This document shows positions 62,258-64,000 of a stretch of 64,000 nt of DNA, piece after piece; position 1 is the stretch's first letter; each line of letters starts with the position of its first letter. The position numbers and the translations under genes were made by a program. The stretch comes from Utricularia gibba. Taxonomy: Eukaryota; Plantae; Magnoliophyta. Location of the stretch: positions 1 to 64,000 of the forward strand of contig NEEC01000014.1 in assembly GCA_002189035.1 (NCBI GenBank), given 5' to 3'. Under the pieces are notes generated by a model, which saw only the letters and a list, made by a program, of their open reading frames with translations, had not been told where the DNA came from and searched no databases.

Positions 62258-64000
62258 GGGTCTTTTAGAAAAATGGCCACTGTCTTCTTTGTACATTAGA
62301 AAAATGGCCACCGTGTGAATTTTGTTAGAAAAATGGCCATCCTCTAATTTTTTTTTAAAAAAAAATTTTACACGATTTTGTTATTATTTATATATAGTAT
62401 AAATCAATAAATTTTGTTAATAAATATCATTTAATATATAAACATAAATAAATACATCAAAATCATCATTTTCTATTTTGTCATTGTATTTTTTAAAAAC
62501 ACAGAATATAGATTAACAATAGTTAATTAAATAATTTCATTTTAATTATTAGCTTTCTAAATTTGTTTAAAATTAGTTGATTTATAAAAAAAGCATTCTC
62601 TTTTATTTTAATTTTTTTTCATTCTTTACCCTAAATCATTCTTTACTTAAATTTTACAACCTTTATCTTCAAGCATTCTTTTTTTTATATATTTATGTAT
62701 TCTTTAGCTTCAAGCATAGTTTTCTTAATTTTTGTATTCTTCATCTTCAATCATTCTTTTTCTTCATCTATTTAAGGAGAACTTCCATTATCATTTTGAA
62801 AATACAAATCATTTCACAAGACGTATTTTCTTGATTGAGATGGCATTTCAATCTATTATGGCAAAGATATTCTTCGGTGGAAATATCCAAGAATATCACA
62901 ACGGATATCGGGCATATGATCAACCTCCAATCGCTATTACGAGCTTCGAAAGTCATATATCATTGGATGAATTGAAGAGTCAATAATCATCATTTTGCGG
63001 TTTACAAGTTGATCGATATGAAATAATAGTTTATGCACAATATTATGATTCAACTTCAAATTCTACAAGATTCATGGGGCTTGGATCAGATGTTGATTTG
63101 CTATATGTTTTCAATCCATTATATGCCGCAATGGGTGTTGATCTATTTGTTGAGGCTACATTGATACCGGAAGAATAAAACAATCCTAATTTCAATATTA
63201 ACAATCCTTTACAAGATGTGGAGGAGGATCAGCAATACGGTATTTATTTTTTTAAAATTTTCTATTATGATTTACGTAATTTTTATTAGAATAATTCAAA
63301 GTTTCATAATTTATGAAATTATTGATGAAAATATTGGCCTAACTTTTATCTCAAGTAGGAAGTTACATTTTTTTAGTTATTTACACTTTTTCGAAATAAT
63401 TAATAAATTTATTTACATATCTCTTTATCAATATTATTTATAGAATATGATTTAGAAAGAAGAGAAAAAAATGATCCTTTGTTCGATAGTATGGCTCAAT
63501 ATGATACTGACTACCATGAACAAGGGCAAGAAACCAATGAAAATGAGGAGTTGATTGATGAATTCTCTGAAGGATGGGTTTCACGAGGATTTATTGCCAA
63601 TGAGGATCGATTAGATAATTGGTCAGAAGATATACCTGATCCCTTACATCTGATGCCTTCACCATTCACAAAAAACCAACAGTTTGGTTCTAAATTGGCA
63701 TTTCTCAATGCGGTCACTCAATATTCAGTAAAAGTTGGCCGTGAGTTCTCTGTGTACAAAACAAATGAAGAAAAACATCTTGAATTGAGATGTTATCAGA
63801 AGTCATCTCAAATGTGCAATTGGAGGATTCGATGTGCTTATCATAAACGCCTTGATTTATGGAAGATAACTGCATTGGAGGAGCCACATACATGCCGGTG
63901 TCTTGGACCAAACGCACTCTCACATAGGAATATTGGAAATAATTATATTGCTGAAATAGCTAGACCACTATTAGAAGAAAATGTCACAACTAATGTGAAG
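62258..64000 (+). mobile_element. Left part of a Mutator-like element (MULE), running off the window
   Basis: G-initiated terminal sequence (gggtcttttagaaaaatggcca) with TTAGAAAAATGGCCA three times (62265, 62296, 62325), an AT-rich spacer, then a MuDR-type transposase reading frame. Confidence 0.8.
62840..64000 (+). pseudogene. MuDR/MURA-like transposase, 5' part, with two in-frame stops in exon 1
   Basis: MAFQSIMAKIFFGG.. with TAA at 62984-62986 and 63176-63178 in the same frame. Phase-1 intron at 63240-63443. Open frame to the window end: QQFGSKLAFLNAVTQYSVKVGREFSVYKTNEEKHLELRCYQK..CNWRIRC..WKITALEEPHTC (MuDR domain-like). Confidence 0.75.

Overview
Distal end of a eudicot plant nuclear chromosome, starting in an Arabidopsis-type telomere ((CCCTAAA)n, 1-~1112) and followed almost at once by a gene-dense, short-intron euchromatic block. 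About 18 protein-coding genes are recognisable by manual translation: RH50, LAZ1, NDB1, THF1, a BAHD acyltransferase, PEX22, a GDSL lipase, an ILR3-type bHLH, CTF18, a DUF630/632 gene, GGPPS small subunit II, two tandem FAD monooxygenases, a type I ROP, CYP21-1, eIF4B, a SAUR and MTA nucleosidase. There are two genuine intron-retaining pseudogenes (TONNEAU2/FASS, barely visible in the ORF track, and proteasome alpha-4 PAD), a fold-back MITE-like element and the left end of a Mutator-like element. Seven otherwise intact genes each lack exactly one base in a short G/C homopolymer, which most likely reflects long-read consensus error rather than biology. Gene identities rest on my recall of family motifs and Arabidopsis homologs, not on database searches, and exon boundaries were inferred by eye. 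The species cannot be determined from this window. I found no convincing novel biological system. The most interesting signals are the ~350 bp telomere-to-gene distance, the hidden pseudogenes and the systematic frameshift pattern.
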